Of a stretch of DNA of 64,000 nt, positions 1 to 10,700 are shown one piece after another (the first letter of the stretch is position 1; each line of letters begins with the position of its first letter). The notes under the pieces are model-generated. The model was not told the origin of the DNA. It did not search any database and saw only the letters and a program-made list of their open reading frames with translations. Origin of the DNA: Woeseiaceae bacterium (lineage in GTDB: Bacteria; Pseudomonadota; Gammaproteobacteria; Steroidobacterales; Woeseiaceae); the NCBI GenBank assembly GCA_035344075.1, contig DAORAI010000005.1:1509-65508 (forward strand), read 5' to 3'. The position numbers and the translations under genes were made by a program.

Positions 1-1904
1 TTGTCTGGGCGTTCATACTCGCGGCCGATCTCCATGGCTGGCGGATAGCCGCATTCTGGGTCTTCCTGGCCGAGCTGTTGCGAACCGGGGCTTGGTTCAT
101 GTTCCTGGCGTTGTTGCTATCCAAGATCGGCGCGAGTCGGATTCTGATTGGCGCCAGTATTCTGGCGTGGCTTGCCGTTATCGGCGCCGGCACCCTGGTT
201 CGCTATAACGTCCCGATTTTTCCGGCAGGAACGACGCTGGTGTCGGTCCTGAATGCCGGCGGGCTCGTTTTGGCCATGATCGGGCTTCTGATGGTCGAGC
301 AGCTACACCGCAATTCGCCGGACGAGTCCCGCCGGGGCATCAAGGTCCTGATGGCAGGTATCGGCGGAATCTTCGCGTATGACCTGTTTCTCTACTCCCA
401 GAACCTGATGTTGGATGGCATCGTGCCCTGGGCCTGGACGGGCCGCGGATTGTTCAACGCCGCTCTGGTGCCGGTGATTGCGTTCGCCGCACGGGCCAAC
501 AAAGAGTGGGATCTTGATATTTTTGTGTCTCGACAAGTGGTCTTTTATTCAACCACGATTGTCGGCGTCGGCGTCTACCTGCTGCTCATGAGCGCGCTCG
601 GATACTGGATCGTCATTCAGGGCCGGACCTGGAGTGGTTTCGCGAGTGCGACATTTTTCGTCGGAGCGGCTGTACTTCTGATGTTTCTGCTCTTCTCATC
701 GAATCTGAGGGCGCAACTTCGCGTGTTCCTCAGCAAACATTTTTTCCGCAACCGGTATGACTATAGAGAAGAGTGGTTGCGACTGATTGCGACGCTTGCA
801 AGAATGGAGCCCAGCACTGCGCGACGAACGGCGATCACGGCGCTGGCGCAGATTGTCCAGAGTCCGGCAGGGGCGCTTTGGTTGTTGGATGACCGTGAGT
901 CCATACTCGAAGCCGCCGCATCCTACAACATCAATGGCGACGTCCCGAACATCGACCTGGACGACCCGCTGATTGTTTTTATCAAGAAGAACGGCTGGCT
1001 GGTCGACCTCGAAGAGTTCAAGCGAACGCCCCGCATCTACGGAGACTTGCGTATACCGGACTGGTTGCTGATCGATAAGGATGCATGGCTGATTGCACCG
1101 TTGTTTACGCGAGGCGAGCTGATTGGCCTGGTGGTACTGCACAAGGCACCAGGACGGCTTAGGTTGAATTACGAAGACCGAGACTTGCTGAAGACAGTCG
1201 GCAATCACGTCGCTGTTCACCTGGCCCAGGAACGCGCTGATGCTTTGCTTGCCGAATCCAGGCAGTTCGAAGCTTATAATCGACTGACAGCATTTCTCAT
1301 GCACGACCTGAATAACCTGATCGCACAGCAATCTCTCATTGTTGCAAATGCGACCAAGCACAAGCGAAACCCGGATTTTGTCGACGATGCAATGAATACG
1401 ATCGCCAACTCGGTGAACAGAATGAAGCGCGTCATGGATCAGCTAAAGCGCGGCGATACTGCACAAGCCAAGAAGTCGATAGCGCTGAAATTTATTGTCT
1501 CTGGCGCCGTCGACCGTTGCTCAGCCCGACAGCCGGTCCCGATACTTCAATTCAATGACAACAACGCAATTGTCGAGGTCGATGTCGAACGGATTACGAT
1601 GGTTTTGACCCATCTCATTCGCAACGCACAGGATTCAACCGGAGCTGACGGCAGTGTCGTCGTGAAGACAGATCACGTGGATGGCCAGATTATTATTGAG
1701 GTTTCCGACGACGGATGCGGCATGACAGCGGAATTTATTCGCGACCGTTTGTTTCGACCGTTCGATTCGACAAAGGGCAGTCAAGGTATGGGTATTGGTG
1801 TCTACCAGGTCAGGGAATTTGCTCGCAAGCTGGGCGGAGACCTCAAGGTGACCAGTACTGTTTCGAAAGGGACAACTGCTACCATGAGCTTTCCATCGCC
1901 CTGA
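1..1904 (+). CDS. prsK: PEP-CTERM/XrtA-system sensor histidine kinase PrsK-like, 5' end outside window
   Basis: The frame is open from nt 3 to the window edge. Multi-TM N-terminus, GAF-like middle, H-box 'FLMHDLNNLI', ATPase motifs 'HLIRNAQDS', 'DDGCGM', 'GMGIGV'. Sits in an exosortase-A locus next to prsT-type genes. Confidence 0.8.
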   Translation, partial: VWAFILAADLHGWRIAAFWVFLAELLRTGAWFMFLALLLSKIGASRILIGASILAWLAVIGAGTLVRYNVPIFPAGTTLVSVLNAGGLVLAMIGLLMVEQLHRNSPDESRRGIKVLMAGIGGIFAYDLFLYSQNLMLDGIVPWAWTGRGLFNAALVPVIAFAARANKEWDLDIFVSRQVVFYSTTIVGVGVYLLLMSALGYWIVIQGRTWSGFASATFFVGAAVLLMFLLFSSNLRAQLRVFLSKHFFRNRYDYREEWLRLIATLARMEPSTARRTAITALAQIVQSPAGALWLLDDRESILEAAASYNINGDVPNIDLDDPLIVFIKKNGWLVDLEEFKRTPRIYGDLRIPDWLLIDKDAWLIAPLFTRGELIGLVVLHKAPGRLRLNYEDRDLLKTVGNHVAVHLAQERADALLAESRQFEAYNRLTAFLMHDLNNLIAQQSLIVANATKHKRNPDFVDDAMNTIANSVNRMKRVMDQLKRGDTAQAKKSIALKFIVSGAVDRCSARQPVPILQFNDNNAIVEVDVERITMVLTHLIRNAQDSTGADGSVVVKTDHVDGQIIIEVSDDGCGMTAEFIRDRLFRPFDSTKGSQGMGIGVYQVREFARKLGGDLKVTSTVSKGTTATMSFPSP

Positions 1905-1975
1905 CAGATATCTGTGATTTCTTGGCGATTACGAGTCACAGAGTCAACCGGGGCGAAAGAGTTCCTAGTCCTACG

Positions 1976-2656
1976 ATGAGAAAAATTTTGGCAGGGAAAA
2001 ATGATGTCATGAGCAGGGAAGAAGTACAGCAGGGCGGGTACACGGATGTGGAGTACCTGCAGTTTCAACAGGGCGGCTGGGTGAAAGTCTTGCAGCGTGT
2101 ATTGGGCGTGCTCTCGTGGCCGGTTATCTGGCCAATGGCAATGCTGTCTCGATTGTCGGACATCGTATTTCGTTCGTTTTCAGAACTCCTGAGTGTTGTA
2201 CCTTACTTTCCCGGCGTAATTCTGCGCTACGAGTTCTACCGCTTTGCGCTGCGACGTTGCGGCAAAAATTGTCTCTTCGAATTCGGGGCGGTATTCATCT
2301 ACTCCGATGTTGAGGTCGGTGACAATGTTCTGGTTGGACGCTTTTCTATCATTCACCATTGCAATATCGGTAATGACGTACTCATCGGCGAGCGTTGTAC
2401 GTTTCTGAGCGGCATGAAACAACACAAATTCGATCGCGCCGATATCCCGATGAACCTGCAAGGCGGTGCCAAGAAGAGAATTGTCATCAGCGACGATTGC
2501 TGGATTGGCTCGCAGTCGGTGGTCATGGACGATTTGGCCACGGGCTGCATCATTGGTGCGGGTTCCGTCGTAACCAAAGCCATTCCAGGCAATTCAATTG
2601 CGGTAGGAAACCCGGCCAAAGTGGTTCGCAGTCGACTGAACAGCAGCGAGACCTAG
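1976..2656 (+). CDS. Left-handed beta-helix (hexapeptide-repeat) acyltransferase
   Basis: ATG at 1976 chosen because the 1715 ORF start overlaps prsK. C-terminal imperfect hexapeptide repeats 'VGDNVLVGRFSIIHHCNIGNDVLIGERC...ISDDCWIGSQSVVMDDLATGCIIGAGSVVTKAIPGNSIAVGNPAKV'. Confidence 0.75.
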   Translation: MRKILAGKNDVMSREEVQQGGYTDVEYLQFQQGGWVKVLQRVLGVLSWPVIWPMAMLSRLSDIVFRSFSELLSVVPYFPGVILRYEFYRFALRRCGKNCLFEFGAVFIYSDVEVGDNVLVGRFSIIHHCNIGNDVLIGERCTFLSGMKQHKFDRADIPMNLQGGAKKRIVISDDCWIGSQSVVMDDLATGCIIGAGSVVTKAIPGNSIAVGNPAKVVRSRLNSSET

Positions 2657-2657
2657 T

Positions 2658-3557
2658 GTGGGTATTCGCCGGCCGACATATCGCTTCTCAGTTGTTGCCA
2701 GGTTGGCTGCCTGTTTATTGTTATCTGCCACGGGCGCCTGCGGCGGTGAACCCGCACTGGATTTCTCACGGACTCCGGTCGTGTTCGTGCATGGGCACGG
2801 CATGAGCCCGGATGACTGGGGCGACATGATTCAACACTTGTCAAAGGCAGGATACCCGTCGCAATACCTGAGTGCGGTCAGCATACGACCGAACGTCCTG
2901 GGAAATATCGAGGCTGCGGAATCCGCGATTGCGCCGGCAATCGAGAAACTCCTTGAGAATGCCAGTGAGTTCGCCCGCCGTTCCGGACATTCCGGCGCGT
3001 TGCCAAAACGTGTCGATATTGTTTCCCACAGTATGGGGGCCGTTAGCTCGCGTTGGTACGCGGCGAGGATTGCGCCCGAGAGGGTCCGAATCTGGATTTC
3101 GCTGGGCGGCGCAAATCATGGAACAAACGTACTCTGTGCATATGACGACGATGGTGCCGTTGAAATGTGTCCGGCGTTTGCTGTTGACCGCGGTCGAAAC
3201 GCGGTGCAGTTCATGCTGAACGGGACAGGCGACGCCCCGGTAGACGAGACACCCTGGGGTCTCGGCCCGGACGCCCCAGGAACACCCACCATCGTTCCTG
3301 ATGAAGAGCGGCAAATAGCCTGGTTCACACTTCGCATCGAACCGGACAAATGGATCGAACCGTCGGCGAGCGCGATTCTTGATGGCGCGGGCGTGGGGCA
3401 GAGCCTGCGAGCGAACCGACACTTCAAAGAAACCAGTCAAGGCAACCTGTTGTTACTGACTCCGGTATCCCACGACGACATGCCGCGCGACGGAGTCGTT
3501 ATTCGAATCGTGGAAATGCTGCTCCGGCAGAACGTTGCGTCGAACGACAAAGCATAA
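2658..3557 (+). CDS. Secreted/lipoprotein alpha/beta-hydrolase, lipase-like
   Basis: GTG start 2 nt after the upstream stop. Signal peptide ending 'LLLSATGAC'. 'VVFVHGHG' oxyanion-type motif and nucleophile elbow 'SHSMGA' (A/G-H-S-M-G, as in small bacterial lipases). Confidence 0.65.
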   Translation: MGIRRPTYRFSVVARLAACLLLSATGACGGEPALDFSRTPVVFVHGHGMSPDDWGDMIQHLSKAGYPSQYLSAVSIRPNVLGNIEAAESAIAPAIEKLLENASEFARRSGHSGALPKRVDIVSHSMGAVSSRWYAARIAPERVRIWISLGGANHGTNVLCAYDDDGAVEMCPAFAVDRGRNAVQFMLNGTGDAPVDETPWGLGPDAPGTPTIVPDEERQIAWFTLRIEPDKWIEPSASAILDGAGVGQSLRANRHFKETSQGNLLLLTPVSHDDMPRDGVVIRIVEMLLRQNVASNDKA

Positions 3558-3649
3558 TCTGGCATTTGTGATCAAGCTCATTGACTCGGAGGCTCGTGTC
3601 GATACTCTTGGTCGCCCACCCTAAGAAAACCTGCTCGGAAAACCTGTCA

Positions 3650-4714
3650 ATGGACTCCTCGTCTAACAACCCTGGAAAATTGGAAAACATCAATGTGGGC
3701 CCAGTGCCTGTCGCGACGTTGAGTGCGTGGGACCGATATGTCGACAGCAACGACGCCGCGACATTCTTTCATCGTGCGGGCTGGTATCGCGTTATACAGA
3801 AGTCTTTCAATCACACGCCGCACTATCTCCAGGCGACGGACTCGAATGGTGACATCCGGGGAATCTTGCCCCTGTTTGAAGTAAAGAGCCTGCTATTCGG
3901 CCATTTCCTGGTGTCGCTGCCATTCGCTGTCTACGGAGGTGCGGTAGCGGATAACGAAAAGATTCTGCGGCTGCTTGAGGACAGTGCAGCAGAACTGGCC
4001 GTCAAACTTGGAGTTGATTACCTGGAGCTTCGCAATAAGGAGAAAACCCGGGATGACTGGCCGTCAAAATCAATGCATGCGACTTTTGTCCGAGAAATAG
4101 AAGACGGTGACGAAGCGATTCTCCTCAGCATAAAGAACAAGCAGCGTGCGGTCGTTCGCAAATCAATAAACAGCAATTTCAGCCGTGAGATTCAAGACAA
4201 CATTGTTGATTTCTTCCATGCCTATTCCGTGAGTGTCCGAAATCTGGGTACGCCAATATTCAGTCGAAAATACTTTGCGAATCTCAAGAATGAATTCGGC
4301 AGTGATTGTGAGATTGTCTCAATCAGGGACGGTGATGAATTGCATTGCTCTTTGCTCAGTTTTTATTTCAAGGACCAGGTTTTGCCCTACTACGGGGGAG
4401 GACTACCACAAAGCCGGACGTCCAAAGCAATGGACTACATGTATTTCGACCTGATGTGCCGCGCGGGCAGCAAAGGGTGCAAAACCTTCGACTTTGGCCG
4501 AAGCAAGATCGATACGGGCCCGTACAATTACAAGCGTCATTGGGGCTTTACACCACAACCGCTTCACTACCAGTACTTCCTGGTCAATGCCACGGCCATG
4601 CCGGAACTCAACGTGAACAATCCGCGCTACAAGCTGCTGATCGCCGCATGGCAGAAACTACCACTGAAACTCAGTCAGATTGTCGGACCGCTGGTTTCAA
4701 AGTACCTGGGCTAA
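3650..4714 (+). CDS. FemAB-family protein, PEP-CTERM system-associated type
   Basis: From ATG 3650 about 354 aa. 'FFHRAGWYRVIQKSF...LPLFEVKSLLFGHFLVSLPFAVYGGAVAD...YYGGG...DFGRSK...YNYKRHWGF' matches my recollection of the FemAB-like family that travels with exosortase A. Confidence 0.75.
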   Translation: MDSSSNNPGKLENINVGPVPVATLSAWDRYVDSNDAATFFHRAGWYRVIQKSFNHTPHYLQATDSNGDIRGILPLFEVKSLLFGHFLVSLPFAVYGGAVADNEKILRLLEDSAAELAVKLGVDYLELRNKEKTRDDWPSKSMHATFVREIEDGDEAILLSIKNKQRAVVRKSINSNFSREIQDNIVDFFHAYSVSVRNLGTPIFSRKYFANLKNEFGSDCEIVSIRDGDELHCSLLSFYFKDQVLPYYGGGLPQSRTSKAMDYMYFDLMCRAGSKGCKTFDFGRSKIDTGPYNYKRHWGFTPQPLHYQYFLVNATAMPELNVNNPRYKLLIAAWQKLPLKLSQIVGPLVSKYLG

Positions 4715-5736
4715 TGCCGATCATGTAATGATCGATTCTCCTGATCGATAGAGGCGTTGTGCAGGCCGCCCAAGGTCAGGCCGGACTGGCGAAGGTAGTA
4801 GAGTCCGGCGGCCCAGCCCGCAACATAAATGGTCAGGTGAAAGAAAATTGATGCCGCAAACGCCTCGCTGGCTGCGATTCCGTAGGGGGCCAGCCCGAGT
4901 GTAAAGCAAAGCTGGATTGTGCCGAAGAATCCCGGACTACTCGGAAGCGTAACGCCCATGACTGTCAACGCAAGCACAACGAATCCCGCTGACAACGGTA
5001 CCTGCAGTCCGGTGCCAATCATGCCCAGGTAGATACAGAGCCCCATTGCGCCCCATTGCAGCAGCGAAGTAACTGCAATCGACGGGATCCTGCGAAGATC
5101 TCGAACGCTTTGCAGGCCGACGGCTCCCAGTGCTAGTTGTTCGGCGAGTCGATCGCCGATTGCATCGGGCAGAAACGCTGTCATTTTCAGCACCAGTCGG
5201 GTTAATGCCTCGGTCCACACGAGGACTGCGGCAAGCATCAGCAAGAGCGCGCCACTGGCTGCGCCCGCGACAACGCCCACCGTTTTCAGCTCGGCGGGCG
5301 CGCTGGAATCCGCAATGAGGACAATGCCGACAAAGAAAAGTACCGACAGAAAGTCAAAGAATCGCTCCAGGACGACGGTGGCCATCACAGAGGAATAGCG
5401 TAGGCGTAACTGTTTACCAAGCAGATAAACCCTGGCGAATTCGCCGAGATAGGCCGGAAACACAAGGTTTGCGAGATACCCTACGACGGTCGCCGGGAAC
5501 ACTTGCGCCGTTGCGACCGATGCGAACGGATTCAGCAAAATCTTCCAGCGCAGCGCCTTGAACCAGTATTGCAGCATCAGCGCCATGCTGATCGGGATGA
5601 CGAACAGGAAATTCGCATTCTTGAGACTGCTCAGGATGATCGGCCATTCGACGTCGCGCAGTGCCAGTCCCATGAGGAGGATCGCGACCAAAATGCCGAT
5701 GGCGAGTGCGATCCTGACTTTTGCTTTGGGTGTCAA
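4711..5736 (-). CDS. Flippase-like membrane protein (lysyl-PG synthase TM-region / UPF0104 type)
   Basis: About 8 predicted TM helices. N-terminal 'KVRIALAIGILVAILLMGLALRDVEWPIILSSLKNANFLF' is typical of this family. Shares a 4-nt overlap with the upstream GT-C gene. Confidence 0.6.
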   Translation of the reverse strand: MTPKAKVRIALAIGILVAILLMGLALRDVEWPIILSSLKNANFLFVIPISMALMLQYWFKALRWKILLNPFASVATAQVFPATVVGYLANLVFPAYLGEFARVYLLGKQLRLRYSSVMATVVLERFFDFLSVLFFVGIVLIADSSAPAELKTVGVVAGAASGALLLMLAAVLVWTEALTRLVLKMTAFLPDAIGDRLAEQLALGAVGLQSVRDLRRIPSIAVTSLLQWGAMGLCIYLGMIGTGLQVPLSAGFVVLALTVMGVTLPSSPGFFGTIQLCFTLGLAPYGIAASEAFAASIFFHLTIYVAGWAAGLYYLRQSGLTLGGLHNASIDQENRSLHDRH

Positions 5737-7451
5737 GGTGACTGCTGCTTGCCGGAACCCGAAGACCGTGCCAACAGGATCGACCGGGGCCTGGTTCCCG
5801 GTATCTGGCGAAACGGGAAGATATGCGGGGTCTCGAAGTCGGCGACGATGTCGTAGCCGAGCCCGCCGCTGATCAAATCCTGGTAGTACGCCCTGAGCGA
5901 CGGCGTTGTCCAGGCGGCGGGATCGCCCGTCACCCCGAGGCCCTCAAGAATCAGTATGTAGTCGGGATTCCTCGCCACGAGCGCTGCTGGAGTGAGGTCC
6001 TCCGGCACAACCAGCATCGTTATCGGATCGCCTGAGTTGCCCGCAATTGACACGTTGTAATCGGTCGAAATGTAGGGAAGCATGCGTTCGCGCACCTGCG
6101 ATTCGATCACTGCGCCGGGCTTGACGTTCTGATGAATCCAGGAACCCATTGTCTTGCGGCTGTCAGCGATGAGGGACAGGTTCACGTCGACGACGAGGGC
6201 CAGTTGCGAGAGCATCGCCAGGGCGACGATTGACGCAGACGCTGCGCGCCAGCGAAATACCTTCACCGGAAGACGCATGATTCCGAGGCCAATGAATGGC
6301 GTCAGCAAAATTGAGGGTACCAGCAGGTATCGGGCGAATACGAGGTTGAATACGGCAATAACGAATACGTAGTACGAAACGATGAACGTGAGCAGCGACA
6401 ACAGCTTCCAGTTTCGTTCACGCACAGCGCAGACAATTCCGAAAATCGCCAGTCCCAGCGACACGGGCGCCAGGATCTGCAAAAGGATAACGCCGGATTG
6501 GCCGAGTAGCTGAACCTGGCTTGCAATACTGTAAAAGGCCGACTCAGTCGTCAGACGATAGTCGTAAATATCGCTGCCGTAGGAAAGGTGTCGCAGCAAT
6601 CCGTCAAGGCCACCGAAGAAAAGGTTGTTGGCCGCGGCGTAAAAAAATAAGGCGGATGCACCACCGAGAATCATGGGTTTGCTGAGCAGCGCCACGCACC
6701 ATTGCCACAGCGATACATCGCCGGGGATCGACAGGGATCTTGCACGGGCGTAGGCGAGTACAAACGGAGCGAGGACGAAAAAACCGTAAGCCTGGTCCTT
6801 GGTTGCAACGGCCAGGGCGGTAAAACCACCAAACAGCAGGTAGTCCTTCAGGTTCTGCCGATCGAGAATATGGAGAAACCGCCAGATGGCGAGGCAAACC
6901 CAGAATGCATACGGCACATCAAGATTCGACGTTTTGGCGTAATAGCTCAGCGGAGCAATCAAGCTGGCGCAAAGTGTCGCCCAAAGGGCGGCACTCCGTC
7001 CGACGAGACGATCGGTCATTTTAAAGACCAGGCAAATGATGCCGAGCGCCATCAACAGACTTACGCCTCGAGCGATCAAGGTCAGGTCCTGGCAGGCACG
7101 GACAATATCCACAAGCCCGTAAGGGAACGTGGAGCTCGGTACGGCAAGATTGCCGTTAAGCAACTGCAAGCCGACGTACGGGGCATAGGCGACGCTTAAA
7201 ACGACGTAATGGAACAGCGGGTATACGACGTATTCGTTGCCTGATCGGGTAAAACCGTAGTAGGCCTCGTTCAGCGGTGCGATCGGCGCGATTGTATCCA
7301 GTGCCCAGGGTTGGACGGTCTCGGGATTAGCAGCCTGTGGCAAGCCCCACCGGATTCCGGTTACGAATGCCGAAATCGCCACGACGAAGACGAGAATTAT
7401 CTTGAGTCTGCGCCCGCAAAACCAGCGCTTTGGAATGTTGGACAGCTGCAA
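5733..7451 (-). CDS. GT-C fold membrane glycosyltransferase (ArnT/PMT, GT39-like), putative
   Basis: 572 aa, more than 10 hydrophobic helices followed by a roughly 130-aa soluble C-terminal domain. Acidic first-loop motif 'WALDTIAP'. Assignment rests on architecture plus weak motif memory only. Confidence 0.5.
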   Translation of the reverse strand: MQLSNIPKRWFCGRRLKIILVFVVAISAFVTGIRWGLPQAANPETVQPWALDTIAPIAPLNEAYYGFTRSGNEYVVYPLFHYVVLSVAYAPYVGLQLLNGNLAVPSSTFPYGLVDIVRACQDLTLIARGVSLLMALGIICLVFKMTDRLVGRSAALWATLCASLIAPLSYYAKTSNLDVPYAFWVCLAIWRFLHILDRQNLKDYLLFGGFTALAVATKDQAYGFFVLAPFVLAYARARSLSIPGDVSLWQWCVALLSKPMILGGASALFFYAAANNLFFGGLDGLLRHLSYGSDIYDYRLTTESAFYSIASQVQLLGQSGVILLQILAPVSLGLAIFGIVCAVRERNWKLLSLLTFIVSYYVFVIAVFNLVFARYLLVPSILLTPFIGLGIMRLPVKVFRWRAASASIVALAMLSQLALVVDVNLSLIADSRKTMGSWIHQNVKPGAVIESQVRERMLPYISTDYNVSIAGNSGDPITMLVVPEDLTPAALVARNPDYILILEGLGVTGDPAAWTTPSLRAYYQDLISGGLGYDIVADFETPHIFPFRQIPGTRPRSILLARSSGSGKQQSP

Positions 7452-7730
7452 ATCGAATCCCCGGTTGGCGTCGCCGCACTGAGCCGGGCGGTCCGGCGGA
7501 CGCGGCCTGAATCCTACGGAGGTATCTCAAGGGGATCAAGCGAGTAGCTCCGACATCGCTGACCCCATGAACATCGCGGCGGCGAGCCCGGCTGCGCGTC
7601 GGTGTTCTTTACAGAGAGCGTTATTGGCCTCGATCGATTCGTCGCTAATTCCTTGAGTTACATGAGAAATTAAAAGTCGGTGCAAAAAATGCATCTCACC
7701 ATGGGAATGAAAACCGGAGCAGCACATATT

Positions 7731-10700
7731 ATGCAGTGTCAGATATTTCGACTCACTTTCTCTCGCCCGTCCTTCTGGATTGCGGTTGGTATGCTGCTTT
7801 GCGTCTCGATGCCGGCGTCTGCGGTTGATTATTTCGACGACTTTGCGAGACCGGACGGCCCCGAACTGGGCAGCAACTGGATTGAGAAGAACCCGGCCGC
7901 CTTCGGCATCGCCGGCGGTTTGGCGGCCAAGGGCGCTGTGTCGACCGGCTACAGGGACAATATTGCTTATCGCCCTTCGGTCGAGGATCTGCTCGATGCC
8001 GAGGCCAGCGTGGAAATGCGCGTTCTGAATACCGCCGTCGGTTATCCGCAGGTTTTCGTTCGAGTGCAAGGCAACACTGCAGCCACGAGTAACTCGCTTG
8101 ACGCTTATATTCTGTATGTGAACAACAGTACGACGAGCGCCGTTCTCGGACGGCAGCGCGGCTCCGCATTCGTCACGACACTGGCTGACATATTCCTGTC
8201 AACGCCTTTGAACACGACGGATCGATATCGTTTGCGCCTGCGTGCGACGGGAACCAACCCGGTCAACCTCAGCGCATGGATCGAGCGTGACAACGCCGGG
8301 GACTGGCAGGTGATAGGCGAGGCCAGCGTTGCAGACGCCGCTGCGACTCGAATTTCGACGCCTGGTGCTGTCGGATTCGGCGGTTACGTTGAATCGAGCT
8401 ACACGTTCGACAACTTCAATCGACTCGACCTGCAAGGCGGTGGGCAGAACAATCCAGCGCCCGGAACGACCGGTCTTGTCCCGAACAGTATTGACGAGGG
8501 CAGTTCCAGCTTTTCACTGATTGTCGACGGATCGGATTTTGTGCCCGGCGCTACGGTTCGCTGGAATGGTGCGGACAGGGCCACGACTTTTGTTTCGGAA
8601 ACGCAGCTGCAGGCGAACATCACGGCCGCGGACGTCGGTAGTCCGGGCACTGCGTCGGTCACTGTGTTTAATCCGGCGCCGGGAGGCGGCTTGTCCAATG
8701 CCCAGTCGTTCACGGTCACGGCAATACCCGGTAACCCGGTGCCGACAACATCGGATGTGTCACCCAACACTACGGAAGCCGGCGGCTCCGGATTTTCGCT
8801 GACAGTCAACGGCTCCGGTTTTGTGCCGGGTTCGACAGTGCGTTGGGGCGGGATGGATCGACAGACTGCCTATATATCTGCAACACAGCTGCAAGCAGTC
8901 ATTGACTCCGCCGATATCGCGACGGCCGGCACGACGGCGGTGAGAGTGTTCAGCCCCGGCCCGGGCGGCGGTTTGTCCAACGCGCAGAATTTTACGATTA
9001 CCAATCCTGCGAACAACCCACAGCCGATTCTGACCCTGCTCACGCCAAGTTCCGCAACCGAGGGCTCCAGCGGGTTTACGCTTGCAGTCGATGGCCAGGA
9101 CTTTATTCCTGAGTCCCGCGTATTCTGGAACGGTAGCGAGCGTACAACGAGCTTTGTTACCAGCAACCGACTGAATGCGACGATCAGCTCATCGGATATT
9201 GCCTCGGCAGGATTCGCCAATGTGACCGTAGTGTCCCCGGCACCCGGCGGCGGTACATCGAATACGCTGCAATTTGAAATTCTCTCGGGTGGCGGAACCG
9301 GTGGCAATGCGCAAAATCTCACCAACATCAGTCCCGTGTCAGTTGCAGCCGGGGCAAACGGTGTTCAGTTGACGCTGAATGGCGCGGGATTCACGCAGAA
9401 CTCGGTCGTACAGGTTGGCGGCGTTGCCGTTAATACCGTTTACGTCTCGGATCAGCAGCTGCTGGCCGACGTCAGTGCCGGGTTGCTTGCGACCGAACAA
9501 CGCAGCGCGGTGACGGTACGTACACCCAGCGCAAACAACGTTGTCACGAACCCGCAGACGCTGTTCGTGCTCGATGCCGGAGAAACGGTCTATTTCGACA
9601 ATTTTAACCGGCCAGACTCTCCCGATATCGGCAACAACTGGACGGAAAAGGTCCCCAGCGTATTTTCATTGGCCAACGGTGAAGTCTCGGGCGTGGCGAC
9701 GCCATCGCAGGGCTTCAACCACCTGATTACGTATCGTCCGCCAGCTGAAGACGCCCAGAACGTGGAAGTTGGTATGGAATTCACGCGCACACCCGGCGTT
9801 GATTCATGGTACCCGCAGGTTCATGCCCGCGTGCAAAGGGACACTGTCCAGTATTCCTCATCGTTAAGCAGTTACACGCTTTTCTACGATTCTTTCTTCA
9901 ACCCGGGACAGATTCACGTCACGCCAATTGATGATTACTACGAGTGTTACCTGGCTAGCTGGGACGTCACCGAGGCGTTCATCGAGGGCGATCGATATCG
10001 ACTGCGCTTCCAGGTAACCGGCACGAATCCGGTTCGGCTGACGGGCTATATGGAGCATCTGACGGCCGATAACTGGGAAGTCATTGCCTCGGGTACCGTA
10101 CTGCACGACCAGAATTCGCAGGCGGTGCCAGGCGGATTCTGCAATACCCCGCAAATGATCGCGCCGATTACCGGAACCGGTGCCACCGGGTTTGCCAAAT
10201 GGCGCGACGCATCGGATCGGTATGACAACTTCTATACCATCCGGCTGGGTGAAGGCAGCAATCCGGCCCCGGTTACGTCGGGCCTGACGCCGTCTTCGGC
10301 GCAGCAAGGGTCGTCGCCATTCACGCTGACGGTTGCTGGATCCAATTTCGGTCCCGGATCTGTCGTTCGCTGGGGTGGGTCGGATCGCCCGACAACGTTT
10401 GTATCGCCAGGCGAATTGCAGGCGTCGATCAGTGCGGCGGACCTGGCATCGCAGGGTGCGGTCGCAGTGACCGTGCGCAATCCGGCACCCGGTGGTGGCA
10501 TATCGAACGCCCAGAATTTCACGGTAACCGTGCCGGCTGGCAACCCGATACCAGGCCTGACAAGCGTGATGCCGGACCTGGTGGTGGTCGATAGCGCTGG
10601 TTTCACGTTGACGGCGCAAGGCGTCAATTTCGTGCCGGGGTCCATTGTCCGTTGGAATGGGCAGGACCGGGCGACGGCCTATTCGTCGGCGACGCAGTTG

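Noticed and set aside
1715-1975. N-terminal extension of the acyltransferase ORF that overlaps the 3' end of prsK by 190 nt.
   Set aside because: The extension translates to non-protein-like sequence in an alternate frame of the prsK ATPase domain. ATG 1976 gives a sensible full-length LbH protein.
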